Shown here in pieces: positions 21,704-36,700 of a stretch of DNA of 64,000 nucleotides (positions are counted from its first letter, which is position 1; every line of letters starts with the position of its first letter). Source of the DNA: Eledone cirrhosa (lineage: Eukaryota); contig OZ024742.1 of assembly GCA_964016885.1 (NCBI GenBank), positions 308,884,001 through 308,948,000 of the forward strand, read 5' to 3'. The position numbers and the translations under genes were made by a program. The notes beneath the pieces were generated by a model, which was given only the letters and a program-made list of their open reading frames with translations, searched no databases and was not told the origin of the DNA.

Positions 21704-24700
21704 CAGAGACAGACAGAGAGAGACAGAGACAGGCAAAGAGAGACAGGGAGAGGCAGAGACAGAAACAGACAGAGACTGACAGAGACAGAGACAGACAGAG
21801 ACAGAGACAGACAGAGACAGAGAGAGACTGACAGAGACAGACAGAGACAGAGAGAGACAGACAGAGACAGAGACAGAGACTGACAGAGACAGAGAGAGAC
21901 AGAGACAGGCAGAGACAGACAGAGACTGACAGAGACAGAAACAGGCAGAGACAGACAGAGACAGACAGAGACAGAGACAGAGACTGACAGAGACAGAGAG
22001 AGACAGAGACTGACAGAGACAGAGAGAGACAGACAGAGACAGAGACAGAGACAGACAGAGACTGACAGAGACAGACAGAGACAGACAGAGACAGCGAGAG
22101 TCAGACAGAGACAGAGACAGAGACAGACAGAGACAGACAGAGAGAGACAGAGACAGGCAGAGAGAGACAGAGAGAGGCAGAGACAGAGACAGACAGAGAC
22201 TGACAGAGACAGAGACAGACAGAGACAGAGACAGACAGAGACAGAGAGAGACTGACAGAGACAGACAGAGACAGAGAGAGACAGACAGAGACAGAGACAG
22301 AGACAGAGACTGACAGAGACAGAGAGAGACAGAGACAGGCAGAGACAGACAGAGACTGACAGAGACAGAAACAGGCAGAGACAGACAGAGACAGACAGAG
22401 ACAGAGACAGAGACTGACAGAGACAGAGAGAGACAGAGACTGACAGAGACAGAGAGAGACAGACAGAGACAGAGACAGAGACAGACAGAGAAAGACAGAG
22501 GCAGAGACAGGCAGAGACAGACAGAGACAGACAGAGACTGACAGAGACAGAGACAGACAGACAGAGACAGACAGAGACAGGCAGAGACAGAGACAGACAG
22601 AGACAGAGACAGACAGAGACAGAGACAGACAGAGACAGGCAGAGACAGAGACAGACAGAGACAGACAGAGACAGAGACAGACAGAGACAGAGACAGAGAG
22701 AGACAGGCAGAGACAGAGACAGACAGAGACAGACAGAGACAGAGACAGACAGAGACAGACAGAGACAGACGGAGACAGACAGAGGCAGAGACAGACAGAG
22801 ACAGACAGAGACAGAGACAGACAGAGACAGACAGAGACTGACAGAGACGGAGACGGACAGACAGAGACAGACAGAGACTGACAGAGACAGAGACAGACAG
22901 AGACTGACAGAGACAGACAGAGACAGAAAGAGACTGACAGAGACAGCGAGAGAGAGACAGAGACTGACAGAGACAGAGAGAGACAGAGACAGACAGAGAC
23001 AGACAGAGACAGACAGAGACTGACAGAGACAGAGACAGAGACAGACAGAGCCAGACAGAGACAGACAGAGAGAGACAGAGACAGACAGAGACAGACAGAG
23101 ACTGACAGAGACAGAGAGAGACAGAGACAGGCAGAGACAGACAGAGACAGACAGAGACAGGCAGAGACAGACAGAGACAGAGACAGAGACAGACAGAGAC
23201 AGACAGAGACTGACAGAGACAGAGAGAGACAGAGACTGACAGAGACTGACAGTGACAGAGAGAGACAGACAGAGACAGAGACAGGCAGAGACAGACAGAG
23301 ACAGACAGAGACAGGCAGAGACAGACAGAGACAGAGACAGAGACAGACAGAGACAGACAGAGACTGACAGAGACAGAGAGAGACAGAGACTGACAGAGAC
23401 TGACAGTGACAGACAGAGACAGACAGAGACAGAGACAGGCAGAGACAGACAGAGACAGACAGAGACAGGCAGAGACAGACAGAGACAGAGACAGAGACAG
23501 ACAGAGACAGACAGAGACTGACAGAGACAGAGAGAGACAGAGACAGACAGAGACTGACAGTGACAGAGAGAGACAGACAGAGACAGACAGAGACTGACAG
23601 AGACAGAGAGAGACAGAGACTGACAGAGACAGAGAGAGACAGAGACAGAGACAGGCAGAGACAGACAGAGACAGACAGAGACTCACAGAGACAGAGACTC
23701 ACAGAGACAGAGACAGGCAGAGACAGACAGAGATTGAGACAGAGACAGACAGAGACAGACAGAGACAGACAGAGGCAGAGACAGACAGAGACAGACAGAG
23801 ACAGACAGAGACTGACAGAGACAGAGACAGGCAGACAGAGACAGACAGAGATTGAGACAGAGACAGACAGAGACAGAGAGAGACAGGCAGAGACAGACAG
23901 AGACAGAGACAGAGACAGACAGAGACAGACAGAGACTGACAGAGACAGAGAGAGACAGAGACTGACAGAGACTGACAGTTACAGACAGAGACAGACAGAG
24001 ACAGAGACAGGCAGAGACAGACAGAGACAGACAGAGACAGGCAGAGACAGACAGAGACAGAGACAGAGACAGACAGAGACAGACAGAGACTGACAGAGAC
24101 AGAGAGAGACAGAGACTGACAGAGACTGACAGTGACAGAGAGAGACAGACAGAGACAGACAGAGGCTGACAGAGACAGAGAGAGACAGAGACTGACAGAG
24201 ACAGAGAGAGACAGAGGAAGAGACAGGCAGAGACAGACAGAGACAGACAGAGACTCACAGAGACAGACAGAGACTCACAGAGACAGAGACAGGCAGAGAC
24301 AGACAGAGATTGAGACAGAGACAGACAGAGACAGGCAGAGACAGACAGAGACAGACAGAGGCAGAGACAGACAGAGACAGACAGAGACAGACAGAGACTG
24401 ACAGAGACAGAGACAGGCAGACAGAGACAGACAGAGATTGAGACAGAGACCGACAGAGACAGACAGAGACAGACAGAGACAGAGACAGGCAGAGACAGAC
24501 AGGGACAGAGACAGAGACAGACAGAGACAGACAGAGTCTGACAGAGACAGAGAGAGACAGAGACTGACAGAGACTGACAGTGACAGAGAGAGACAGACAG
24601 AGACAGACAGAGGCAGAGACAGGCAGAGACAGACAGAGACAGACAGAGACTGACAGAGACAGAGAGAGACAGAAACTGACAGAGACAGAGAGAGACATAC

Positions 24701-27700
24701 AGAGACAGACAGAGACAGAGACAGACAGAGACAGGCAGAGACAGAGACAGACAGAGACAGACAGAGACAGAGACAGACAGAGACAGACAGAGACAGACAG
24801 AGGCAGAGACAGACAGAGACAGACAGAGACAGACAGAGACTGACAGAGACAGAGACAGACGGACAGAGACAGACAGAGACAGACAGAGACAGAGACAGAC
24901 AGAGACAGACAGACAGAGACAGACAGAGACTGACAGAGACAGACAGAGACAGAAAGAGACTGACAGAGACAGCGAGAGAGAGACAGAGACAGAGACAGAG
25001 ACAGACAGAGACTGACAGAGACAGACAGAGACAGAGACAGACAGAGACAGAGAGAGACAGACAGAGACAGACAGAGACAGACAGAGACTGACAGAGACAG
25101 ACAGACAGAGACAGACAGAGACTGACAGAGACAGACAGAGACAGAAAGAGACTGACAGAGACAGCGAGAGAGAGACAGAGACAGAGACAGAGACAGACAG
25201 AGACAGACAGAGACAGACAGAGACAGACAGAGACAGACAGAGACACACAGAGACAGAGACATGCAGAGACAGACAGAGACAGACAGAGACTGACAGAGAC
25301 AGACAGAGACTGACAGAGACAGACAGAGACAGACAGAGACAGACAGAGACAGAGACAGGCAGAGACGGACAGAGATTGAGACAGAGACAGACAGAGACAG
25401 GCAGAGACAGACAGAGACTGACAGAGACAGACAGAGACACACAGAGGCAGAGACAGGCAGAGACAAACAGAGATTGAGACAGAGACAGACAGAGACAGAC
25501 AGAGACAGACAGAGACAGAGACAGGCAGAGACAGACAGAGACAGAGACAGAGACAGACAGAGAAAGACAGAGACAGAGACAGAGACAGAGACAGACAGAG
25601 ACTGACAGAGACTGACAGTGACAGAGAGAGACAGACAGAGACAGACAGAGGCAGAGACAGGCAGAGACAGACAGAGACAGACAGAGACTGACAGAGACAG
25701 AGACAGACAGACAGAGACAGACAGAGACAGGCAGAGACAGAGACAGACAGAGACAGAGACAGACAGAGACAGAGACAGACAGAGACAGGCAGAGACAGAG
25801 ACAGACAGAGACAGACAGAGACAGAGACAGACAGAGACAGAGACAGAGAGAGACAGGCAGAGACAGAGACAGACAGAGACAGACAGAGACAGAGACAGAC
25901 AGAGACAGACAGAGACTGACAGAGACGGAGACGGACAGACAGAGACAGACAGAGACTGACAGAGACAGAGACAGACAGAGACTGACAGAGACAGACAGAG
26001 ACAGAAAGAGACTGACAGAGACAGCGAGAGAGAGACAGAGACTGACAGAGACAGAGAGAGACAGAGACAGACAGAGACAGACAGAGACAGACAGAGACTG
26101 ACAGAGACAGAGACAGAGACAGACAGAGACAGACAGAGACTGACAGAGACAGAGAGAGACAGAGACTGACAGAGACTGACAGTGACAGAGAGAGGCAGAC
26201 AGAGACAGAGACAAGCAGAGACAGACAGAGACAGACAGAGACAGGCAGAGACAGACAGAGACAGAGACAGAGACAGACAGAGACAGACAGAGACTGACAG
26301 AGACAGAGAGAGACAGAGACTGACAGAGACTGACAGTGACAGACAGAGACAGACAGAGACAGAGACAGGCAGAGACAGACAGAGACAGACAGAGACAGGC
26401 AGAGACAGACAGAGACAGAGACAGAGACAGACAGAGACAGACAGAGACTGACAGAGACAGAGAGAGACAGAGACAGACAGAGACTGACAGTGACAGAGAG
26501 AGACAGACAGAGACAGACAGAGACTGACAGAGACAGAGAGAGACAGAGACTGACAGAGACAGAGAGAGACAGAGACAGAGACAGGCAGAGACAGACAGAG
26601 ACAGACAGAGACTCACAGAGACAGAGACACACAGAGACAGAGACAGGCAGAGACAGACAGAGATTGAGACAGAGACAGACAGAGACAGACAGAGACAGAC
26701 AGAGACAGACAGAGGCAGAGACAGACAGAGACAGACAGAGACAGACAGAGACTGACAGAGACAGAGACAGGCAGACAGAGACAGACAGAGATTGAGACAG
26801 AGACAGACAGAGACAGAGAGAGACAGGCAGAGACAGACAGAGACAGAGACAGAGACAGACAGAGACAGACAGAGACTGACAGAGACAGAGAGAGACAGAG
26901 ACTGACAGAGACTGACAGTTACAGACAGAGACAGACAGAGACAGAGACAGGCAGAGACAGACAGAGACAGACAGAGACAGGCAGAGACAGACAGAGACAG
27001 AGACAGAGACAGACAGAGACAGACAGAGACTGACAGAGACAGAGAGAGACAGAGACTGACAGAGACTGACAGTGACAGAGAGAGACAGACAGAGACAGAC
27101 AGAGACTGACAGAGACAGAGAGAGACAGAGACTGACAGAGACAGAGAGAGACAGAGGAAGAGACAGGCAGAGACAGACAGAGACAGACAGAGACTCACAG
27201 AGACAGACAGAGACTCACAGAGACAGAGACAGGCAGAGACAGACAGAGATTGAGACAGAGACAGACAGAGACAGACAGAGACAGACAGAGACTGACAGAG
27301 ACAGAGACAGGCAGACAGAGACAGACAGAGATTGAGACAGAGACAGAGACAGGCAGAGACAGACAGAGACAGAGACAGAGACAGACAGAGACAGACAGAG
27401 GCTGACAGAGACAGAGAGAGACAGAGACTGACAGAGACTGACAGTGACAGAGAGAGACAGACAGAGACAGACAGAGGCAGAGACAGGCAGAGACAGACAG
27501 AGACAGACAGAGACTGACAGAGACAGAGAGAGACAGAGACTGATAGAGACAGAGAGAGACATACAGAGACAGACAGAGACAGAGACAGACAGAAACAGGC
27601 AGAGACAGAGACAGACAGAGACAGACAGAGACAGAGACAGACAGAGACAGACAGAGGCAGAGACAGACAGAGACAGACAGAGACAGACAGAGACTGACAG

Positions 27701-30700
27701 AGACAGAGACAGACGGACAGAGACAGACAGAGACAGACAGAGACAGAGACAGACAGAGACAGACAGACAGAGACAGACAGAGACTGACAGAGACAGACAG
27801 AGACAGAGAGAGACTGACAGAGACAGCGAGAGAGAGACAGAGACAGAGACAGACAGAGACAGACAGAGACAGACAGAGACTGACAGAGACAGACAGAGAC
27901 AGAGACAGACAGAGACAGAGAGAGACAGACAGAGACTGACAGAGACAGAGACAGAGAGAGACAGAGCCAGATAGAGACAGACAGAGAGAGACAGCGACAG
28001 ACAGAGACAGACAGAGACTGACAGAGACAGAGAGAGACAGAGACTGACAGAGACAGAGAGAGACAGACAGAGACAGAGATAGAGACAGACCAAGACTGAC
28101 AGAGACAGAGACAGACAGAGACAGACAGAGACAGACAGAGACAGACAGAGACAAGCAGAGACAGACAGAGACAGACAGAGACAGGCAGAGACAGACAGAG
28201 ACTGACAGAGACAGGCAGAGACACACAGAGACAGAGACAGGCAGAGACAGACAGAGATTGAGACAGAGACAGACAGAGACAGACAGAGACAGACAGAGAC
28301 AGAGACAGAGACAGAGACAGACATAGACAGACAGAGAATGATACAGAGACAGAGACTGACAGAGACAGAGACAGAGACAGACAGAGACAGACAGAGACAG
28401 ACAGAGACAGACAGAGACAGACAGAGACAGAGACAGGCAGAGACGGACAGAGATTGAGACAGAGACAGACAGAGACAGGCAGAGACAGACAGAGACTGAC
28501 AGAGACAGACAGAGACACACAGAGGCAGAGACAGGCAGAGACAAACAGAGATTGAGACAGAGACAGACAGAGACAGACAGAGACAGACAGAGACAGACAG
28601 AGACAGACAGAGACAGAGACAGGCAGAGACAGACAGAGACAGAGACAGAGACAGACAGAGAAAGACAGAGACAGAGACAGAGACAGAGACAGAGACAGAC
28701 AGAGACTGACAGAGACTGACAGTGACAGAGAGAGACAGACAGAGACAGACAGAGGCAGAGACAGGCAGAGACAGACAGAGACAGACAGAGACTGACAGAG
28801 ACAGAGACAGACAGACAGAGACAGACAGAGACAGGCAGAGACAGAGACAGACAGAGACAGAGACAGACAGAGACAGAGACAGACAGAGACAGGCAGAGAC
28901 AGAGACAGACAGAGACAGACAGAGACAGAGACAGACAGAGACAGAGACAGAGAGAGACAGGCAGAGACAGAGACAGACAGAGACAGACAGAGACAGAGAC
29001 AGACAGAGACAGACAGAGACAGACAGAGGCAGAGACAGACAGAGACAGACAGAGACTGACAGAGACGGAGACGGACAGACAGAGACAGACAGAGACTGAC
29101 AGAGACAGAGACAGACAGAGACTGACAGAGACAGACAGAGACAGAAAGAGACTGACAGAGACAGCGAGAGAGAGACAGAGACTGACAGAGACAGAGAGAG
29201 ACAGAGACAGACAGAGACAGACAGAGACAGACAGAGACTGACAGAGACAGAGACAGAGACAGACAGAGACAGACAGAGACTGACAGAGACAGAGAGAGAC
29301 AGAGACTGACAGAGACTGACAGTGACAGAGAGAGGCAGACAGAGACAGAGACAGGCAGAGACAGACAGAGACAGACAGAGACAGGCAGAGACAGACAGAG
29401 ACAGAGACAGAGACAGACAGAGACAGACAGAGACTGACAGAGACAGAGAGAGACAGAGACTGACAGAGACTGACAGTGACAGACAGAGACAGACAGAGAC
29501 AGAGACAGGCAGAGACAGACAGAGACAGACAGAGACAGGCAGAGACAGACAGAGACAGAGACAGAGACAGACAGAGACAGACAGAGACTGACAGAGACAG
29601 AGAGAGACAGAGACAGACAGAGACTGACAGTGACAGAGAGAGACAGACAGAGACAGACAGAGACTGACAGAGACAGAGAGAGACAGAGACTGACAGAGAC
29701 AGAGAGAGACAGAGACAGAGACAGGCAGAGACAGACAGAGACAGACAGAGACTCACAGAGACAGAGACTCACAGAGACAGAGACAGGCAGAGACAGACAG
29801 AGATTGAGACAGAGACAGACAGAGACAGACAGAGACAGACAGAGACAGACAGAGGCAGAGACAGACAGAGACAGACAGAGACAGACAGAGACTGACAGAG
29901 ACAGAGACAGGCAGACAGAGACAGACAGAGATTGAGACAGAGACAGACAGAGACAGAGAGAGACAGGCAGAGACAGACAGAGACAGAGACAGAGACAGAC
30001 AGAGACAGACAGAGACTGACAGAGACAGAGAGAGACAGAGACTGACAGAGACTGACAGTTACAGACAGAGACAGACAGAGACAGAGACAGGCAGAGACAG
30101 ACAGAGACAGACAGAGACAGGCAGAGACAGACAGAGACAGAGACAGAGACAGACAGAGACAGACAGAGACTGACAGAGACAGAGAGAGACAGAGACTGAC
30201 AGAGACTGACAGTGACAGAGAGAGACAGACAGAGACAGACAGAGACTGACAGAGACAGAGAGAGACAGAGACTGACAGAGACAGAGAGAGACAGGGGAAG
30301 AGACAGGCAGAGACAGACAGAGACAGACAGAGACTCACAGAGACAGACAGAGACTCACAGAGACAGAGACAGGCAGAGACAGACAGAGATTGAGACAGAG
30401 ACAGACAGAGACAGACAGTGACAGACAGAGACAGACAGAGGCAGAGACAGACAGAGACAGACAGAGACTGACAGAGACAGAGACAAGCAGACAGAGACAG
30501 ACAGAGATTGAGACAGAGACAGAGACAGGCAGAGACAGACAGAGACAGAGACAGAGACAGACAGAGACAGACAGAGGCTGACAGAGACAGAGAGAGACAG
30601 AGACTGACAGTGACAGAGAGAGACAGACAGAGACAGACAGAGGCAGAGACAGGCAGAGACAGACAGAGACAGACAGAGACTGACAGAGACAGAGAGAGAC

Positions 30701-33700
30701 AGAGACTGATAGAGACAGAGAGAGACATACAGAGACAGACAGAGACAGAGACAGACAGAAACAGGCAGAGACAGAGACAGACAGAGACAGACAGAGACAG
30801 AGACAGACAGAGACAGACAGAGGCAGAGACAGACAGAGACAGACAGAGACAGACAGAGACTGACAGAGACAGAGACAGACGGACAGAGACAGACAGAGAC
30901 AGACAGAGACAGAGACAGACAGAGACAGACAGAGACAGACAGAGACTGACAGAGACAGACAGAGACAGAGAGAGACTGACAGAGACAGCGAGAGAGAGAC
31001 AGAGACAGAGACAGACAGAGACAGACAGAGACAGACAGAGACTGACAGAGACAGACAGAGACAGAGACAGACAGAGACAGAGAGAGACAGACAGAGACTG
31101 ACAGAGACAGAGACAGAGAGAGACAGAGCCAGATAGAGACAGACAGAGAGAGACAGCGACAGACAGAGACAGACAGAGACTGACAGAGACAGAGAGAGAC
31201 AGAGACTGACAGAGACAGAGAGAGACAGACAGAGACAGAGATAGAGACAGACCAAGACTGACAGAGACAGAGAGAGACAGAGACATACAGAGACAGACAG
31301 AGACAGACAGAGACAAGCAGAGACAGACAGAGACAGACAGAGACAGGCAGAGACAGACAGAGACTGACAGAGACAGGCAGAGACACACAGAGACAGAGAC
31401 AGGCAGAGACAGACAGAGATTGAGACAGAGACAGACAGAGACAGACAGAGACAGACAGAGACAGAGACAGAGACAGAGACAGACATAGACAGACAGAGAA
31501 TGATACAGAGACAGAGACTGACAGAGACAGAGACAGAGACAGACAGAGACAGACAAAGACAGACAGAGACAGACAGAGACTGACAGAGACAGAGAGAGAC
31601 AGAGACAGACAGAGACAGACAGAGACTGACAGAGACAGAGAGAGACAGAGACTGACAGAGACAGAGAGAGACAGACAGAGACAGAGATAGAGACAGACCG
31701 AGACTGACAGAGACAGAGAGACAGAGACATACAGAGACAGACAGATACAGACAGAGACAGAGACAGGCAGAGACAGACAGAGACAGACAGAGACAGAGAA
31801 CGAGACTGATAGAGACAGAGAGAGACAGAGACAGGCAGAGACAGACAGAGACAGACAGAGACAGAGGCAGAGACAAACAGAGACACAGAGAGACAGAGAC
31901 TGACAGAGGCAGAGAGAGACTGACAGAGACAGAGACAGAGACAGACAGAGACTGACAGAGACAGACAGAGACAGACAGAGACAGCGACAGACAGACAATC
32001 ACAGAGACAGAGACAGACAGAGACAGACAGAGACAGACAGAGACTGACAATCACAGAGATAGACAGAGACTGACAGAGACTGAGAGAGACATACAGAGAC
32101 AGAGACAGAGACAGACGGAGACATACAGAGACAGACAGAGACAGACAGAGACAGAGACAGGCAGAGACAGACAGAGACAGACAGAGACAGAGACAGGCAG
32201 AGACAGACAGAGACAGAGACAGAGACAGACAGAGACAGACAGAGACTGACAGAGACAGAGAGAGACAGAGACTGACAGAGACAGAGAGAGACAGGCAGAG
32301 ACAGACAGAGACTGACAGAGACAGAGAGAGACAGAGACAGACAGAGACAGACAGAGACAGACAGAGACAGACAGAGGCATAGACAGACAGAGACAGACAG
32401 AGACAGACAGAGACTGACAGAGACAGAGACAGACAGACAGAGACAGACAGAGACTAACAGAGACAGACAGAGACAGACAGAGACAGAAAGAGACTGACAG
32501 AGACAGCGAGAGACAGACAGAGACAGAGACAGAGACAGAGACAGACAGAGACAGACAGAGACAGACAGAGACAGACAGAGACAGACAGAGACAGACAGAG
32601 ACTGACAGAGACAGAGAGAGACAGAGACTGACAGAGACAGAGAGAGACAGACAGAGACAGAGATAGAGACACCGAGACTGACAGAGACAGAGAGACAGAG
32701 ACATACAGCAACAGACAGAGACAGACAGAGACAGAGACAGGCAGAGACAGACAGAGACAGACAGAGACAGACAGAGACAGAGAACGAGACTGACAGAGAT
32801 AGACAGAGGCAGAGACAGACAGAGACAGACAGAGAGAGACTGACAGAGACAGAGACAGACAGACAGAGACAGAGACAGAGACAGACAGAGACAGACAGAG
32901 ACAGACAGAGACAGCGAGAGACAGACAGAGACAGAGACAGAAACAGACAGAGACAGACAGAGACAGACAGAGACTGACAATGACAGAGATAGACAGAGAC
33001 TGACAGAGACTGCGACAGACAGACAGAGACAGAGACAGAGACAGACCGAGACTGACAGAGACAGAGAGAGACAGAGACATACAGAGACAGACAGAGACAG
33101 ACAGAGACAGAGACAGGCAGAGACAGACAGAGACAGACAGAGACAGACAGAGACAGACAGAGACAGAGACAGGTAGAGACAGACAGAGACAGACAGAGAC
33201 AGACAGAGACAAGCAGAGACAGACAGAGACTCACAGAGACAGACAGAGACACACAGAGACAGAGACAGTCAGAGACAGACAGAGATTGAGACAGAGACAG
33301 ACAGAGACAGACAGAGACAGACAGAGACAGACAGAGACTGACAGAGACAGACAGAGATTGAGACAGAGACAGACAGAGACAGACACAGAGACAGACAGAG
33401 ACAGACAGAGACTGACAGAGACAGAGAGAGACAGACAGAGACAGACAGAGACTGACAGAGACAGAGAGAGACAGAGACTGACAGAGACAGAGACAGATAG
33501 AGACGAGCAGAGACCGAGACAGACAGAGACAGACAGAGACAGAGACAGACAGAGACAGACAGAGACAGACAGAGACAGACAGAGACAGAGACAGACAGAG
33601 ACAAGCAGAGACAGAGACAGACAGAGACAGACAGAGACAGACAGAGACAGACAGAGACAGACAGAGACATACAGAGACATACAGAGACAGACAGAGACAG

Positions 33701-36700
33701 ACAGAGACTGACAGAGACAGAGACAGGCAGAGATAGACAGAGACAGAGAGAGACAGTCAGGTGACAGAGACAGAGACTGACATAGACAGAGAGAGACAGA
33801 GACTGACAGAGACAGACAGAGACTGACAAAGACAGAGAGAGACAGACAGAGACAGACAGAGACAGATACAGGCAGAGACAGACAGAGACAGAGACAGACA
33901 GAGACAGACAGAGACAGATACAGGCAGAGACAGACAGAGACAGACAGAGACAGAGACAGGCAGAGACAGACAGAGACAGAGAGAGACAGACAGAGACAGA
34001 GACAGAGACTGACAGAGCCAGAGACAGACAGAGACAGGCAGTGACAGACAGAGACTGACAGAGACAGAAACAGGCAGAGACAGACAGAGACAGACAGAGA
34101 CAGAGACAAAGACTGACAGAGACAGAGACAGACAGAGACTGACAGAGACAGAGAGAGACAGACAGAGACAGAGACAGACAGAGACTGACAGAGACATACA
34201 GAGACAGACAGAGACAGCGAGAGACAGACAGAGACAGAGACAGAGACAGACAGAGACAGACAGAGACAGACAGAGACAGACAAAGACAGAGAGAGACAGA
34301 CAGAGACAGAGACAGAGACAGACCGAGACTGACAGAGACAGAGAGAGACAGAGACATACAGAGACAGACAGAGGCCCAGACAGACAGAGACAGACAGAGA
34401 CAGACAGAGACAGACAGAGACAGACAGAGACTGACAGAGACAGAGAGAGACAGACAGAGAAAGAGACAGAGACAGAGACAGAGACAGAGACAGACAGAGA
34501 CAGACAGAGACAGATAGAGACAGACAGAGACAGATACAGGCAGAGACAGACAGAGAGAAAGAGACAGACAGAGACAGACAGAGACAGAGACGGGCAGAGA
34601 GAGACAGAGACAGACAGTGACAGAGACAGGCAGAGACAGACAGAGACATACAGAGACATACAGAGACAGACAGAGACAGACAGAGACAGACACAGGCAGA
34701 GACAGAGAGAGACAGCGAGAGACAGACAGAGACAGAGACAGAGACTGACAGAGACAGACAGAGACAGGCAGAGACAGACAGAGACAGAGACAGAGACAGA
34801 CAGAGACAGACAGAGACTGACAGAGACAGAGAGAGACAGAGACTGTCAGAGACTGACAGTGACAGACAGAGACAGACAGAGACAGAGACAGGCAGAGACA
34901 GACAGAGACAGACAGAGACAGGCAGAGACAGACAGAGACAGAGACAGAGACAGACAGAGACAGACAGAGACTGACAGAGACAGAGAGAGACAGAGACTGA
35001 CAGAGACTGACAGTGACAGAGAGAGACAGACAGAGACAGACAGAGACTGACAGAGACAGAGAGAGACAGAGACTGACAGAGACAGAGAGAGACAGAGGCA
35101 GAGACAGGCAGAGACAGACAGAGACAGACAGAGACTCACAGAGACAGACAGAGACTCACAGAGACAGAGACAGGCAGAGACAGACAGAGATTGAGACAGA
35201 GACAGACAGAGACAGACAGAGACAGACAGAGACAGACAGAGGCAGAGACAGACAGAGACAGACAGAGACTGACAGAGACAGAGACAGGCAGACAGAGACA
35301 GACAGAGATTGAGACAGAGACAGGCAGAGACAGACAGAGACAGACAGAGACAGACAGAGACAGAGACAGGCAGAGACAGACAGAGACAGAGACAGAGACA
35401 GACAGAGACAGACAGAGTCTGACAGAGACAGAGAGAGACAGTGACTGACAGAGACTGACAGTGACAGAGAGAGACAGACAGAGACAGACAGAGGCAGAGA
35501 CAGGCAGAGACAGACAGAGACAGACAGAGACTGACAGAGACAGAGAGAGACAGAGACTGACAGAGACAGAGAGAGGCATACAGAGACAGACAGAGACAGA
35601 GACAGACAGAGACAGGCAGAGACAGAGACAGACAGAGACAGACAGAGACAGAGACAGACAGAGACAGACAGAGACAGACAGAGACAGAGACAGACAGAGA
35701 CAGACAGAGACTGACAGAGACAGAGACAGACAGAGACAGACAGAGAGAGACTGACAGAGACAGAGACAGACAGACAGAGACAGAGACAGAGACAGACAGA
35801 GACAGACAGAGACAGACAGAGACAGCGAGAGACAGACAGAGACAGAGACAGAAACAGACAGAGACAGACAGAGACAGACAGAGACTGACAATGACAGAGA
35901 TAGACAGAGACTGACAGAGACTGCGACAGACAGACAGAGACAGAGACAGACCGAGACTGACAGAGACAGAGAGAGACAGAGACATACAGAGACAGACAGA
36001 GACAGACAGAGACAGAGACAGGAAGAGACAGACAGAGACAGACAGAGACAGACAGAGACAGACAGAGACAGAGACAGGCAGAGACAGACAGAGACAGACA
36101 GAGACAGACAGAGACAAGCAGAGACAGACAGAGACTCACAGAGACAGAGACAGTCAGAGACAGACAGAGACAGACAGAGACTGACAGAGACAGACAGAGA
36201 TTGAGACAGAGACAGACAGAGACAGACACAGAGACAGACAGAGACAGACAGAGACTGACAGAGACAGAGAGAGACAGACAGAGACAGACAGAGACTGACA
36301 GAGACAGAGAGAGACAGAGACTGACAGAGACAGAGAGAGACATACAGAGACAGACAGAGACAGAGACAGACAGAGACGAGCAGAGACCGAGACAGACAGA
36401 GACAGACAGAGACAGAGACAGACAGAGACAAGCAGAGACAGAGAGAGACAGAGACAGACAGAGACAGACAGAGACAGACAGAGACAGAGACAGACAGAGA
36501 CAAGCAGAGACAGAGAGAGACAGAGACAGACAGAGACAGACAGAGACAGACAGAGACAGACAGAGACATACAGAGACATACAGAGACAGACAGAGACAGA
36601 CAGAGACTGACAGAGACAGAGACAGGCAGAGATAGACAGAGACAGAGAGAGACAGACAGGTGAAGAGACAGAGACTGACAGAGACATAGAGAGACAGAGA

